Assembly: GCF_006345805.1 (NCBI RefSeq)
Contig: NC_043004.1
Location: 71,238,001 to 71,302,000, forward strand
From: Octopus sinensis
Lineage: Eukaryota
Direction: 5' to 3'
DNA length: 64,000 bases
Shown piece by piece: positions 14,311-29,494 of this stretch (position 1 is the stretch's first letter; the number at the start of each line of letters is the position of its first letter). Made by a program: the position numbers and the translations under genes. The notes under the pieces were generated by a model that had not been told where the DNA came from, ran no database searches, and was given only the letters and a program-made list of their open reading frames with translations.

Positions 14311-15759
14311 CTCCCTCTCCGTCGAGAGATAATCATTTTTCATTTCGTTCTATTATAAAATTTCTAAAGTTGTTTTTTTTTTGTCTTAAAGACAAATATC
14401 ATTTTTTTTTTTTTGGTTTTTTTTGGGTTTTTTTTAAATATCATAACACTTCATCAAACACACTTCACCTGGTTGCATTTTTTAGACGTAAAAATTTGGT
14501 TTCTTTTGCCGCCCTCTGGTTGAGACTAGAGTACAACTCGTATAGTTCAGAACAAACGCAATGTTTGTTGCTACTACTACACTACTACTATATACTACTA
14601 CTACTACTACTACTACTACTAGTAATACTACTACTACTACTACCTAATCCCAGAACAACACAGAAACAAAATCGTAATAATAATTTCTTTTGTTAGCCAA
14701 AGTGGTATAAAGAGGGGGACACTTGAACAATAGACGAGAATTTGTGACGGAATTTGGCATAAGGGACGGGGGAATAGAAATGGAAAATACAGTAAAATGC
14801 TATAAAGCTAAAGCAAGCTAACAGGATTTTGTTTTTTTTAAATCATTTATCTCTGTATCGAACGATTTCGGGATTAATCCACAGCAAATTTTTCTATTCA
14901 TACCCATCAGCAGATGTATTAGAAGGTAAATAAATACTCATAAGCACCCATGGAAAAAAGCTGACGCAAAAGCCATGTGTACACTAAGTACCCCCCAAAT
15001 GTATCTAAATATAAATTCCGTAGCAAGTCTCAACACACGTGTAATCGTCAGGAACCACAACTTAGAGTAGTCACCATTCCCGAAGTGAAGACAATAAATG
15101 TACTTCTAATATTGGATAAAATTTTCAAAAACTTTCGTCAACTGGCCACAACATTAATACCTTAACATGTATTTCAATGATACCTAATATACGTCCATCA
15201 ACCAGTGTCTCTTTTTTCTAGTATCACCTCAACCCTACATAAAAATAAACAGACAAGAACTGTAGCAAGTAACATTTACTAGCGATACACATAGTGGTAG
15301 GATCAATGCCAGCAGCAAATTTAACTTTGCCAATCGCCAGCAACAACATAGGCCACAACTCATAACAACAATGAAAACGAATAATAACTATACTGTTGTC
15401 ATGGTTACAGAAGGAAGCCACAATGATTTTTTACAATAACACAAATTGGTGGTTAGCGGTAGCTATGACTACTCTAGAAGTATAAATATAATAATGGTAA
15501 GGACACAAAATAATAGTATTATAATGGTACCGATATTAAGAGTAGAGCTTAATATAATATCATTTATTTATTAGCCCAACAGGCCTCACTGATGATAATA
15601 TTAAAGTACCAGGTCAACCCATAAGTTCCGTCCGAATTTGAATAAAGAAAACAAGTGATCAAATGTTATATTTAATTGAAATATAATCATCAGTGTACTT
15701 TCCCTGATTACCTATGACTTCCTTTCCTCTATTTACAATCTTTTTAATCCCATCAATGT

Positions 15760-16080
15760 AAACTCTTTTGGTTTCAAAGTGAAAAACCACTGAAATGTCA
15801 GTTTTGTCCTCCTGGCTTGCGAAAGTTATGTCCCCCAAATGATTCTGTAACTAACGAACAAATTTTAGTCTGAAGGGAGGCAAGGTCGGAAGAATAAGGT
15901 GGATGTGGTAATTGTTTTCCCAACCAAGCTCTTCGATGTTTTTGTGATGTGATCTTTGCAGTGTGGGGTGCCCCACATTGCCCCGATAAACATCACTGAC
16001 TCCTTTTTTGACTCACTAAAGCGGGTCTTTTTTGCTTCAACGCTTGGTTCAAAGCTCTAATTGCTGCCAGTAGACTTGAG
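15760..16080 (-). mobile_element. Mariner transposase remnant
   Basis: Minus strand reads ALNQALKQKRPALV...PHTAKIT...LPHPPYSSDLA (YSPDLAP-like motif). Confidence 0.75.
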
Positions 16081-16567
16081 TATGAGGTGTGTATATAAAA
16101 TAGAGATAATGTGTCTTCACTTTTCACGTGAAAACGGCCTCACCAGTACCTTCCATTCATGCGATGCACGAATAATTACACTTCCGGACATATAATAGGG
16201 TCATCATTTGATTTACTTCATTAAAAATAAAAAGATATTGCATTATATTTATGATTCACTTCTTTAAGAGGTTTCTGAATAATCAACTTCCGCGGTATTA
16301 ACGTAAAAAACGTGAAGTCTCCAATCTCTATTTTTAATGTTCGCTATTTGTAAACACTGTGATAATTTTACTGAAAGAAATATTTACGAAATTCACAAAT
16401 TTGAACATTCGGTACAAGATATTTTTCAACTTTGCTTTTTATTTCTACGATTTTTTTCATTCCATGTTTATCTCATTCATTGTTTGCACTGTCTCTGTCT
16501 GTCTGTCTCTCTTTCTCTGTCTGTTTGTCTTTTCTCTCTGTCTATCTGTCTCTCTCTCTCCTCCCAG

Positions 16568-16603
<36 letters not shown>

Positions 16604-17214
16604 CCACACACACACACACACTACATACACACACACACACACACACACATCACACACAACACACACACACACACTTGTGGCTTCATTTGGTTCTGAAACT
16701 CGCACATTTCGTAATTCCTGTAAAAATCTTTTTATTTACTTTCTTTTTGCAGGCCGTGTCTTTGTATGTTTTGTTTGTATACATATTTTTATGTGTGTGT
16801 GTGTGTTTTATGTCTGTGTGTTTGTGTGTGTGTGTCTCTATGTCTGTGTGTGTGTGTATGAATGACTGAAGGGATTATAATACTATGCATACATCGTTTT
16901 TTCTGTGTATGTATGCGCGTCTGTGTAAGAGAGAGAAGAGTGATGCCTAAGTGGCACTCTCACTCTTTCTTCTCCCTCACTCACATACGCACACACTCAC
17001 ACATACATACAAGGAGGATGTATGTCACCACAACCCTCCACTTGTCTTTCTCTCTCTCTCTCTCTCACACCACACACACAAACATCTATTTCATAGATGC
17101 TTGTTACTGTATGTATATGTATCTGTGTGTGTGTGTGTTGTGTGTGTGTGTGTTTGTGTGTGTTTGTGTGTGCGTGTGTGTACCTGCGGTGCATGCGTGT
17201 GGCGTTTCCATAAT

Positions 17215-17625
17215 CGCCAGAGAAAGCGAGGGAATTTTCTTTCTTGATGCTCAGGTAAAACCTTTGTAACATTGCTTCTCTCCCCAGGTAAAGCAACAAA
17301 AAAAGAATTGCAGTTGCTGTAACGTTGTCTGACTTTGCTGCCACCATTCTTCCAGAAGGACGAACAGCTCATTTCGGCTGTTTAACATACCACTGACCAC
17401 TGTTCACAGGACAGTCCAATTTGTAACATAAGCAAGATTCAGGTTCAACAAAAGTGTTGTGTCCAATGCCACCCTTAACATTTCGGATGAATGCACATGT
17501 CACATAGAGGTGCGATGCAAGCACTTGTAATACCTTACAGACATCAGAAGCAACAATAAATCTATGGGAGAAGTTACATTAGTTTTATCAGAAGACTGTG
17601 AGACAGGCATTAACATCATTCTGAG
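17215..17625 (+). mobile_element. Helitron PIF1-family helicase fragment (pseudogenised), cut by the gap
   Basis: With frameshifts it reads EGIFFLDA..(G)KTFVTLLL..RIAVAV..AATILPEGRTAH..DECT.SHRGAMQAL..DIRSNNKSMGEVTLVLSED, matching PIF1 motifs I-III of Helitron RepHel proteins. Confidence 0.85.
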
Positions 17626-17725
17626 NNNNNNNNNNNNNNNNNNNNNNNNNNNNNNNNNNNNNNNNNNNNNNNNNNNNNNNNNNNNNNNNNNNNNNNNNNN
17701 NNNNNNNNNNNNNNNNNNNNNNNNN
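17626..17725. other. Assembly gap (exactly 100 N, probably a placeholder of unknown size)
   Basis: Run of 100 n. Confidence 0.99.
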
Positions 17726-18462
17726 CAATTAGGTGCTTACATTTATACGTCTCTGTGTGTGTGCAATATCTGTATTTGACCAAATATTGCGTTGTTGTTT
17801 GTGAATATGTGGGAGATCCTGTTCCTCTGGCTTCCTATAATTGAGTGCGTTACAATTAACGGCAAGAATTAGTGCAAACATGTTTATGTACATATATCAG
17901 AGTTTTGTCTCTGTGTATGGATGTGTGCCTGGACGTGTATCAAAATGTATGAGTAATTCGGTCTGTATATCATATGCTGCGTTTACGGTTATGTCACCAC
18001 TGATTACCAACCTATACTTCTTCTTCTTCTTCTTCTCTTCTTCTTCTTCTTCTTCTTCTCCTCCTCCTCCTGCTTCTTCTTCTTCTTCTTCTTCTTCTTC
18101 TTCTTCTCCTCCTCCTCCTGCTTCTTCTTCTTCTTCTTCTTCTTCTTCTCCTCCTCTGCTTCTTCTTCTTTTTCTTCTTCTTCTTCTTCTTCTTCTCCTC
18201 CTCCTGCTTCTTCTTCTTTTTCTTCTTCTTCTTCTTCTTCTTCTTCTTCTTCTTCTTCTCCTCCTCCTCCTCGCCCTACTTCTCTCTTTTCTTGTGCATT
18301 TCATCCTTTCTTTTACCCGATTTCTTCATATTTTCTAATTTCTCTGTCATTTACCAGCTTTTTTATTCGTCTAAAACGATGTAAACATATCAGAAATATT
18401 AAATTTCTAAATGTCTCTGAGAGACATGAGCGGTGGTGGAGTGATAGAGTGGTTGCATACTG

Positions 18463-18626
18463 TCAACTTAACGTGACAGTCCCGTATGGGAATTACACCA
18501 CCGCTGTTTAGCCCTAGGAAATATAAGGACACAGAAAATGTGTCAAAGCCGACAGCAAGCGTTCGATGCTTCCTAGGGCTAAACAGTGGTGTGTAATTCC
18601 CATAGGGTACTGTCACGTTACGTTGA
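18463..18626. repeat. MITE-like inverted repeat (~57 bp arms)
   Basis: tcaacttaacgtgacagt...gtttagccctaggaa / ttcctagggctaaac...actgtcacgttacgttga. Confidence 0.8.
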
Positions 18627-18840
18627 TGTAAACATATCTGCTGATATAATTATCAACGTCTTTGTCCATGTCCTCATCACCGACATCAAACTTATTCAAC
18701 TGTTATCTTTCTCACACACAGACATCGTCAAGTTCATCAACATCATTCACCATTCCAAAATACCACCATCAGATGCAGAATCTTCAATACTATTACATTC
18801 AACTCCGACAGTAACATTCCGCCGAACATCATCATAATGA

Positions 18841-19069
18841 ATACCTATTTCTATTTATTTACTACCCACAAGGGGCTAAACACAGCGAGGACGAACAAGG
18901 ACAGACAAACGGATTAAGTCGATTATATCGACCCCAGTGCGTTACTGGTACTTAATTTATCGACCCCGAAAGGCAAAGTCGACCTCGGCGGAATTTGAAC
19001 TCAGAACGTAACGGCAGACGAAATACGGCTACGCATTTCGCCCTGCGTGCTAACCACTCTGCCAGCTCG
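18841..19069 (-). mobile_element. SINE family 1 copy
   Basis: Reverse-complement homologue of 2408-2697. Confidence 0.8.
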
Positions 19070-19447
19070 TTTCTGCCATATTCAACATCACCTCAGACAT
19101 GCTCATTACAAGAATAATCAACATTAATATCACACTCATCATCAGCATCATAACATCTTCATCATCAATACTACCGTATATTCTTCTCCACTTCCCCATC
19201 ATCATATTCATCACATCCTCTACCATGAAATCCACTACTACCTACACTGCTATCAGCATTATCCAATCTTCCTTCCCCTTCTTATCATCATCATCGTCTT
19301 CACTATCTTCATCGTCGTCATCATCTTCATGGAATTAACCGTAATCTTGTTCTACGTTTTATCCACCTCATCAATTGATTGTTTAGCGAAGACTCTGTCA
19401 CAGTTATTATCTATACATTTTCTTATCAACCCAATTTTATGTTGCAG

Positions 19448-19519
19448 ATACTTGAGTGACAATAACATCAAGCATATCCAGGCAGACACCTTCCGGAATC
19501 TGTCCCTTTTAACCGACCT
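19448..19519 (+). CDS. LRR exon 1: [23 protein letters not shown](L)
   Basis: ttgcag|a tac ttg...gac ct|gtaagt; 72 nt. Confidence 0.92.
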
Positions 19520-21246
19520 GTAAGTTAAATCAGTTTTCATTTTTAGTATTGCATTGACGATATATATCTAAATTTGTTATATATTGCCATTCTTGATTGT
19601 AAGCATCCTTACCCGTCTTTTCAAAGATGTGATTTGTTTCTTGTGAATTTGCGTTTGTTAGTGTTTGGGCATTTATAAGATATGGGCTGTACGAAAAGGG
19701 AGTCGTTTGGTTCTTGCATTCTTATGTGTATGTATAAAATCAGTCTTTGACCAAAGTGTGCATTATTTGTGAATATGTGTGAGGGGTCTATTCCTCAGGC
19801 TTCGTATAAATAAATGCGTGACAGTTAACGGTAACATAGTGCTAACATGTTTATGTACATATATCAGATTTTTGTCTCGGTGTATGGATGTGTGACTTTG
19901 AGTGTGTCGAAATGTACGTGTAATTCGCCCTGTATATCATGTACGGTGTTTACGTCTACATCACCAATTATTACAACCTATTCTTCTTCTTCTTCTTCTT
20001 CTTCTTCTCCTTCTTCTTCTTCTTCTTCTTCTTCTTCTTCTTCTTCTTCTTTTCTTCTTCTTCTTTCTTCTTCTTCTTCTTCTTCTTCTTCTTCTTCTCC
20101 TTCTTCTTCTTCTTCTTCTTCTTCTTCTTCTTCTCGTTGTTCTATTTGTACTTCTTTTATTCATGGAAGACTCCTTCTGTAAATATTCTATTTTTCCTTC
20201 TTTCCGTTTTCTTTGTTCTTTCTCTTTATTTTTTTGTTCTTCTTCAGAAGTTTTCGCCGTTACACCTTTTTCTATGTCTTAACTATTACCGCATCTTCTT
20301 CAATATCATATTCTTCTTCATCATCATATTCGCCATCATCATAGTTATGTTAATCCACATCAACATCAGAGTAATCAACTCCACCCCCATCATCAGCATG
20401 ATAACATCTGCCTCATCACTGCTACCATATAATTTCCACTGCCTCATCATCATATTCATCACTTCCTCTACAACAAAATCTCCTACTTCCTACACTACTA
20501 CCACCATTATCGAATCTTCCTCCTCCTCCACCTCCACCGTCTCCTCCTTATCACCACTTTCATCATCATCACCTTCACAGTCATAATTGTCACCATTATC
20601 TACATGGAATTAATCATCATCATTTTCTACTTTCCGTCCATCTCATCAATTAATTGTTTAGCAAACATCCGTCACAAATATGTTCTCTACATTGTCTTAT
20701 TAACTCAATTTTATGTTGCAGATACCTGAGTCATAATAATATCAAGGAAATCCAATCAGACACCTTCCAAAATCTGTCCAGTTTGAGAGAACTGTAAGTT
20801 GAACCAATTTCCTTTCTTAGTATTTCATTGACGATAATTTTATAAATCTGAAATACCCTGCCATCCTTCATTCTAAGCACGCTCGCCCGTCTTTCTAAAG
20901 ATGTGTTTTATTGATTGTGTGTCTGCGTTTGCTAGGGTGTGCCCATTTACTTGATATGGGGAATACGAGAGGTTGATAGATAATGGGAACGATATGGTGC
21001 TTGCATTCTTATGTCTGTGTGTAAATCTAAAATTTCTCTTTGAACAAAATATGTGTTGTTGTTCAGGCTTCATATGGGTGCGTGATAATAAACGGGAATA
21101 ATTAGTGCAAACATGTTTATGTGCAGATATCAGCATTTTGCCTCTGTGTAAGGTTGTGCCAGCGAATCTATCAATATGTATCTGAAATTCGGCCTGTACA
21201 CCATGTGCGGTGTTTACATCTATATCACCACTGATGCCAACCTATA

Positions 21247-21277
<31 letters not shown>

Positions 21278-22588
21278 TTCTTCTTCTTCTTCTTCTTCTT
21301 CTTCTTCTTCTTCGTCTTCTTCTCTTCTTCTTCTTCTTCTTCTTCTTCTTCCTGCTCTTCCTCTTCTTCTCCTCCTTCTTCTGATTTTTTTCTGTGCCGT
21401 TCAATTATTTTTACATGGTTTCTTCGTATTTCGCTTGTCCTCTGTCATTCGCTAGTTCATTCATTCGCCTTAATCATCTGCAATTTTAAACAACACCATA
21501 TATGTTGTGATATTGATCAACATGCTCGACCATGTCTTTATCTAAATCATCATTTTCATTTAGATTTTTATCTTTCTTAAACATAAACATCGTCATGTAC
21601 ATCATCGTCCGTTTCATTATCAACATCATTCATCACAATAATATACCGCCATCAGATGCGGTATCTTCAACACTGTAGAAATATCCACAGAATTCTGTTA
21701 CAAAAATGTTCTATACAATCTCGTCTTAACTCAATTTTTTATTCCAGAGATTTGAGTTCTAATGATATCAAAGAAGTCAAAGTGGACACCTTCCGAAATA
21801 TGTCCAGTTTAACAATTATGTAAGTTGAATCACAACTTTTTTTATCTTTCTTTCTTTCTTTCTTTTACTTGTTTCAGTCATTTTGACTGCGGCCATGCTG
21901 GAGCACCGCCTTTTAGTCGAGCAACTCGACCCAGGGACTCATTCTTTTTGTAAGCCCAGTACTTATTCTATCGGTCTCTTTTTGCCGAACCGCTAAGTGA
22001 CGGGGACGTAAACACACCAGCATCGGTTGTCAAGCAATGCTAGGGGAACAAACACAGACACACAAACACACACACATACATATATATACATATAGCAGAA
22101 GACACTTGCCCAAGATGCCACGCAGTGGGACTGAACCCGGAACCATGTGGTTGGTTAGCAAGCTACTTACCACACAGCCACCCCTGCGCCTATATTTCAT
22201 TCTCACTATATTTGTAGGTTTGTAATATTAACCCATCCTGGATTTTTAGCTCCTTCATCCACCATTCGAAAGATGTCTTTGTTATTTAGCTTGTTAATCT
22301 GTGTATGAGAATGTGTGCTCATTTGTTAGATATGAATGTATGAGAGCGTGACAGTTCCGGAGAATCACTTACTGCATGAATTTCTATGTATGTGCAAATC
22401 TATTTACACCAAAGCGTGTGTTAATGTTTATTAATGACTAATTGTGAGTGTGGGCGAATTCCCCAGAATTTGTGTAGCAGAGTATGTGACAGTAGCGGGA
22501 AAAAATTAGAATAAACTCGTCTGTATATATATATACTTTTTATACTTTTATTTGTTTCAGCCATTTGATTGCGGCCATATATGTATGC

Positions 22589-22654
<66 letters not shown>

Positions 22655-25600
22655 TATATATTAATAAAAAGAATTCCAACCTTGTCTGATTTTCACGTTT
22701 TATTTACAATCTTATAATGATATATTATAAGATAATATATTATAATTGAATAAAATAAAATGAAATAGTAGAATGTTAAATATTCATTCTGATTGAACTA
22801 GTACTTTCGTGCATTGAATTCTGCAATCTTCGGGTTCATGTAGTAGTGTTGACAGTCATGCTTCACAATTTTTGACTGTAGCAAGATGATTGATTCTGTG
22901 CTATAAATACAGCTGGGAGAGGCTCCAGAGTGCTAGGTTTTGCAAACTGTATTCTGACCAATCAGTGTGTAGTATCACTCAATTACTTAAGCTGATTGGT
23001 TGGTTGAGCTGATTGGTTTAGGCATCACGCTTTGTTGGACATGTCAAGAGTCCTGTATCTTGACCTGGCCGAAGCAGCAATTGTTGAGTTATTTTTAGAA
23101 ATGTTGTAAATATCCTTTTGTCAGAGATTTTATATTTTTATATTTCAATTGTCATCATCATCATTGTCAGCACCTTAATTATTGTTGCTAGTGGTGATGG
23201 TGGTGGCAATAGAATTTTTAACCCTCAATAAGATAATTTTCTGCTATCTTCATCTTGATCACCTTTAGTATTGTTGTTGTTGTTAGTGGTCATGATCGTA
23301 GCAGTGGAAGTAATACCTCTAAGTATTATTATTATTGCTTATTTAGCTTGGGTTCGAATTTATCAATAAAATTCCTTTCTCTGATTCTCCTCTCGATTTC
23401 ACTTGGGCTGTGTAATTGTAGAATGGAAATATTATATATATTTTCCGACCACATGTTGCTAGGTGGTGGTTACTGAAGGTATCTGACGGACCTCTGGGTC
23501 TCTAATCTGTTGCCGGTGTACACGTGAGCGTTCTAATAGTGCGTTTCCCGTCTGACCTACATATATTTCTTCACAATTTGGGCATTTGATGCAGTAAATT
23601 AAATTTCTGCTTTTGCAGTTCATATTCGCGTTTGTGAATATTTTCCCGGTTTTTGTGTTATATATTGACCGGTATGTATGAATTGGCATGTGCCACATCG
23701 GCTATCATTGCATTTAGATACCGTGAATGTTTGGTCTTTGTTGCTGAGGTCAAATTTTGCCTTTGTTAGTAATGTTTTCAAGTTTTTAGGCTGTCTTTTA
23801 CTAAGCACCATAGCTCGATCCGTGATTATGTCTTTTAATTCATTACTTTGGGCAATGATTGGTAGGTTGCTGGTTTGGCAATGTTGAAGATATTCTGGTG
23901 ACATGGGTTGTGTGTCACTATGAATGGTATGATTTGTTCTTGTTTTCCTCTTCCTTGGGTTGTCCTAAGTTGTTGTATGGGTATTTTTATAGCCCTCTGT
24001 ATGCCATTTTCTGTAAGTAGAGATGGGTATTTTTGTTTGAGCAAAAATTCTCTTAGTTCTATTAGGCGTTTGTTCCTGATATTTGCATCTTCTACAATAG
24101 TACAAATTCTTCTGGCTAGGCAGTATGGGATGTTACGTTTTGTATGTGGTAGATGGCACGACTTAAAATTTAGGTATTGATGTGTGTCTGTGTGTTTATA
24201 GTATATATCTGTGGTGATGGTGGTGTCTTTTTTAATTACCATTATATCCAGGAATGGTAATTTGGTACTACTCATCTCCTTTGTAAATTGGAGAGATGGG
24301 TGTAGGTTGTTCAGGAGGATATTGAACTCTTCCAGAGTATTTAGAGATTCTGTCCAGATTATGAAACAGTCGTCTAGGTATCTCTTCCATGCCTTTTCAA
24401 TATACTTTCTAAATCCAGTGCCATAGTTTACCTCCACCTCTTGGTAGAGTTGTTCTTCTAAGTATCCCATTACAGAGTGGCGGCGTAAACGGGAGCAAAC
24501 CTCGTTCCCATCGCCGTGCCTCTAATTTGGATGTAATTCTTTCCATTGAAGAAGAATGTGTTATTTTCTAGAATAAGTTTGACTGTGTCTAATATAAATG
24601 GCACTGTGAATCTGCTGGGAATCACTTCTCTATGTTTTTCTAACCAGTATTTAATCGCCTTTATTCCTAAATCGTGTGGAAATATTGGTGTAGAGGCTTA
24701 CCACATCAAAAATTAGTAAAAAACTGTTGTTTCTGTTGTTTTGGGAAGATGGGAGGAAGTCGATGTCATCCCTGATGAAACTTGGTATGTGAGTACATAG
24801 TGGTTTCAAAACAATGTCAATAAAATTGCTTAGACGGTGTGTAGGGCATGCTGGACCAGCTATAATAGGTCTAAGTTTTAGGTCTTTTGGATGAGTGTAA
24901 TAATTTTATGTACTCACTTTCTTGTTTTTTACTGCCTGTTGAATGTTTTTTGATTTGTGTATTTTGGTAAGCCATAGAAGTTGCTGGGTTTTGGTTCAAA
25001 ATTGGTGATGTAGTCTTTTTCATTATCCGTAAGTGAGTTGTGGTGTGTTGAAATCAGGTTGTTGATCTTTTCATGATGTGGTGGTCTATATTTGCGGGTA
25101 TTTCACAATAGAAGGTTGTATCCTTCAGTTGGTCTTCAACCAAATCCTTATAGTATTCGGTATCCATAATAACAATTGCACCACCTTTATCTGCTTGTTT
25201 AATTATTATTGTTTGATCGTTTTGTATACGTTTACATGCAGAGACATCTCTGATTTGCTAATGTTGGCCTAACATTGGTATTGCGTCTAAGGGGAAATTT
25301 AGACAGGATATCAATGTATTGGTCAAGGTAGTTATTTCTTCCTTTTGGTGGGGTGAAATCTGATTTATTCCTTACTAGGGATTCATCAATCTCATTACTT
25401 TTGTTAGCGAAGAATTCTACAAGTCGTAATTTTCGACAGAATTTTGGATATCCTCCTTTAATTCTTGGTGGTTGGCTGTTGGTGTAGGTGTGAATTTCAG
25501 TCCTTTTGACAGAAGTTGGATTTCATCATTGTCAAGATCTCTTTTTGATAAATTAATTATTTTAGGATCTATACGTTCAGTTGTTTGGGGTATGTTTCCT

Positions 25601-27272
25601 CTTGGATTTTCTTTTTCCGGTGTTTGTTGTCCTGACGTAAAAAAATAGATTTTTTTCTGGTTATGATTTATATTCCTGTTGATGTTTGCTTGATGAATTT
25701 TGCGTTTTGGTTGTGGTACTTTACTTGGTTTCGTTATGTTTTCTGTCTTGTTTTTGGTATTATGTATGCTACTTTTCAATTTCTTGTTAGCATTGTTTTT
25801 AACCACCTGGAGAAATGATCTGGGTTTACTTCTAGATCTAGATCGGTTTTTTGTCCAGTTTCTTGTGGGTAATCTCTGTTGAGGTCTTGAAAATGATCTC
25901 CTGTTATTTCTACTGCTAATGGTCTGTTCAAAACAATATCTATTTTGTTTGTGCTTTTTGTTCATGTTGTGTGCATTAGGGTGTTTGCATACAAAATGGG
26001 AAGAGTTCTTACCGTAGTTCGTCTTCGATTCGTGGTGAAACGGGGTGTTCATGTTGCCACGTGTTCTGGTGTATGTTGCGTTGGTGAGGTTGTCCACTTT
26101 TAATGCTATTTCTCGGAGTTCTGGTGTCTTTACCGTAATTTGTAGCATATTTGTCGAGAAATAATTGTTTCCGCTGCCAAAACTTTCTTGATCTGCTTTC
26201 TTCTTTCGAGATATCTCTGATCCATAGTTCTCGCATTTTTTCTGCTATATTGCCGGTCGTTAGTTTGGATATTTCATCTCTGATTTGATCATCGATAGCT
26301 TCGTATTTGGCTTTGTAGCGGATTGTTTAGACAGGGTAATGGAGATGTCGGTCCTGAATTTTATCAAACTAAGGTCCCATCGAAGTTTAGTTTCTTCCTC
26401 TGGTTCTCCTGCAATTTCTTTAATTAGGTACTTCCGAGGAAGTATTGGGTGCCGCTAAAGATATCCATTTCGAATGTATTTCAGCATATTTTCGCATTTA
26501 TATGCCTTCCAGAAGTTTTGTTTTCTTATGTTAAGGAGTTTTTTCCATGTCTTCTGTATCTCTTCTCTTTTTCGGTGTGCCTCTTTTTCCAGATTTCTTT
26601 CGTTTATTTCTGACATCCAAGGAGGTTGTGGTAGGCTTTCTCTTGTAGATTTTATAATTGTTGGTATCATTTCAGCTAAATTCTTAATTTCAGAGTTTAT
26701 GTGCTCATTTCCAAGTTTTCCGTCTGTAGACTGTTTTTCTATTTCCTTTAAATAGAGGATTGTGTGTCAATCATCGTGATGAGTGTTGATAATTTCGATG
26801 AAATTTCCATTAGAATTCTTTCTGATTCTGTTAATTTTGTTTGTTGCTTTCCAGACATGTTGGCATATACACAATAGGAATATAGATATATATATATATG
26901 GGTGTGTGTGATTGTGTATAGAAGAATATATTAATAAAAAGAATTCCAACCTTGTCTGATTTTCACGTTTTATTTACAATCTTATAATGATATATTATAA
27001 GATAATATATTATAATTGAATAAAATAAAATGAAATAGTAGAATGTTAAATATTCATTCTGATTGAACTAGTACTTTCATGCATTGAATTCTGCAATCTT
27101 GCAGTCATGCTTCACAATGTTTGACTGTAGCAAGATGATTGATTATGTGCTATAAATACAGCTGGGAGAGGCTCCAGAGTGCTAGGTTTTGCAAACTGTA
27201 TTCTGACCAATCAGTGTGTAGTATCACTTAATTACTTAAGCTGATTGGTTGGTTTAGGCATCACGCTTTGTG

Positions 27273-27318
<46 letters not shown>

Positions 27319-27612
27319 AAAGGGCTTAGTAAAATAAATTACTTTGCCGCATAACTCATTGAAATAGTAGCTAAAAAAAACTTAATTTATTTTACTAAGC
27401 CCTTTAATATAATGTAATAATTTGAATTCGCCTTAAATGGTCCCTTTGCATACTGAATACTTGGTGAAATTGATTAATAATTAATTAATTTTACCCTCAA
27501 TTGTTGAAAGTATATATATATATATATATAATATATATATATAATAATAATAAAAATAATAATAATAATAAAAATAATAATAATAATAATAGTAATAATA
27601 ATAATAGTAATA

Positions 27613-27667
<55 letters not shown>

Positions 27668-29432
27668 GAGTAAAAGGTAGTTCGGTATGTTAAAAGAATC
27701 ATTATCGGTAAAAATATACAAAATTCTATAATTATACGCATAATTATAATTAGGATTCAGCAAAAATTTGTTTCACCACATATCGAAATTTAGAAGTAGC
27801 AGTTAAAACTAACTATTTCACTACCATAAGAAAATCTCCCAGACAGCAATACTAAACAACCCATGCAGGTAAAGAAAAAAAATTACGAATCCACCCGGCT
27901 TTGATTAACTGTATACGCGTTTCGGAGTCAGAGAGATGTGAAAAATGTAAAATCCTATTCCCACTCTATCATATTTCCTCTTCAGTACAGTAATTCAAGA
28001 TTTTAAATTTGAGAGCACTGTAAGAATTAAACATACTTATCTGATTAGGCGACATCAGACACCATACATCTAACGACAGGTAATTCCGAATTCAAACAGA
28101 CGAATGAGATTTCGTATTCCTTCCCACTCACCCACGTGTGCTAATGAGTGAAATTTAACAGAAAAAAAGCTGTAGAGTGGAAATAGGATTTTACATTTTT
28201 TACATCTCTCTGACTCCGAAACGCGTATACAGTTAATCAAAGCCGGGTGGATACGTTATTTCTTCGCGTTGTTCTGTATTCGTCCAAATCGTGTGTATGT
28301 AGATTACAACCTCATCTGCCGAAAAGATCGTCACCGTCTTCGCCCAACTCCTCATCATGGTCATCTCATTTTTGTTGTCATCTTTCTCAAACACGACCCT
28401 CGTCAAGTTCATCATAAGCCTCTACAACATAAACATCATACATTACCACAATATACTGCCATCAGATGCAGAATCTTCGAAACATCATCATCATCACCAA
28501 CATTAACATCCCGACCAACAGCATCATATTCCGCATCACCATAGACATGCTAATCCCCGACATTATCTAAATAGTCAACATTAACATCATCAGCATCATA
28601 ACTTCTTCGTCATCATCACAACACACCATATACTTTTCTCAACAGTATCCACTTCATATTCATCACTGCCACCGCCATAACGTCCACTATCAACTCTACC
28701 ACCACCATTATCCTTCTATTCTACCTTCTGCTCACCACCATTATCATAACTATCATTATCGTCATGAACGTCATTATCAGTGTCATGAACTTTAAGGAAT
28801 CATCATCATGATCTACTTGCCAATCGCTTCCGTCACCTAATTGTTTAGCACAAATTCTGTCACAAATATTTTCTGTACAATTCCTTCATAATTCAATTTT
28901 ATGTTCCAGATCTTTGAGTTCTAATGATGTCAAAGAAATCAAAGTAGGCACCTTCCAAAATCTTTCCAGTTTAATAACTCTGTAAGTTGAATCAATTTTA
29001 TTTTCTAGTATTTCATTGGTGATACATTTCTAAATCTGTAATACCTTTCCATCCTTCGTTTTAAGCTCCCTCACCCATCTTTCCAAAACCGTTTTATATT
29101 GTTTGTGAATCGGTGTGCGTGAGCGAGTGCCCATTTCTGAGTTATAGAGAGCGCGATAGATCAGGGGAGTCATTTAGTGCATGCATACGTATGCCTCGGT
29201 TTATGTGTAAATACTGCCTGTATCCAAAGTGTGTGTTTCTGTATGTTAATGTGTGTGAATGTGGGTGACGGAAAGTAAGATAAGTGAAGGGAAAAATTGG
29301 TGCAGACGTTTTAATGCACACATACACGCGCGCACACACACACACACACACAACACACACACAAACATATATATATATATATATTAAAACGTCTGCACTA
29401 ATTTTTCCCTTCACTATATATATATATATATA

Positions 29433-29494
<62 letters not shown>

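Noticed and set aside
22661-27278. LTR retrotransposon suggested by the terminal direct repeats
   Set aside because: No TG...CA termini, gag or integrase; RT plus GIY-YIG identifies a Penelope-like element with pseudo-LTRs.
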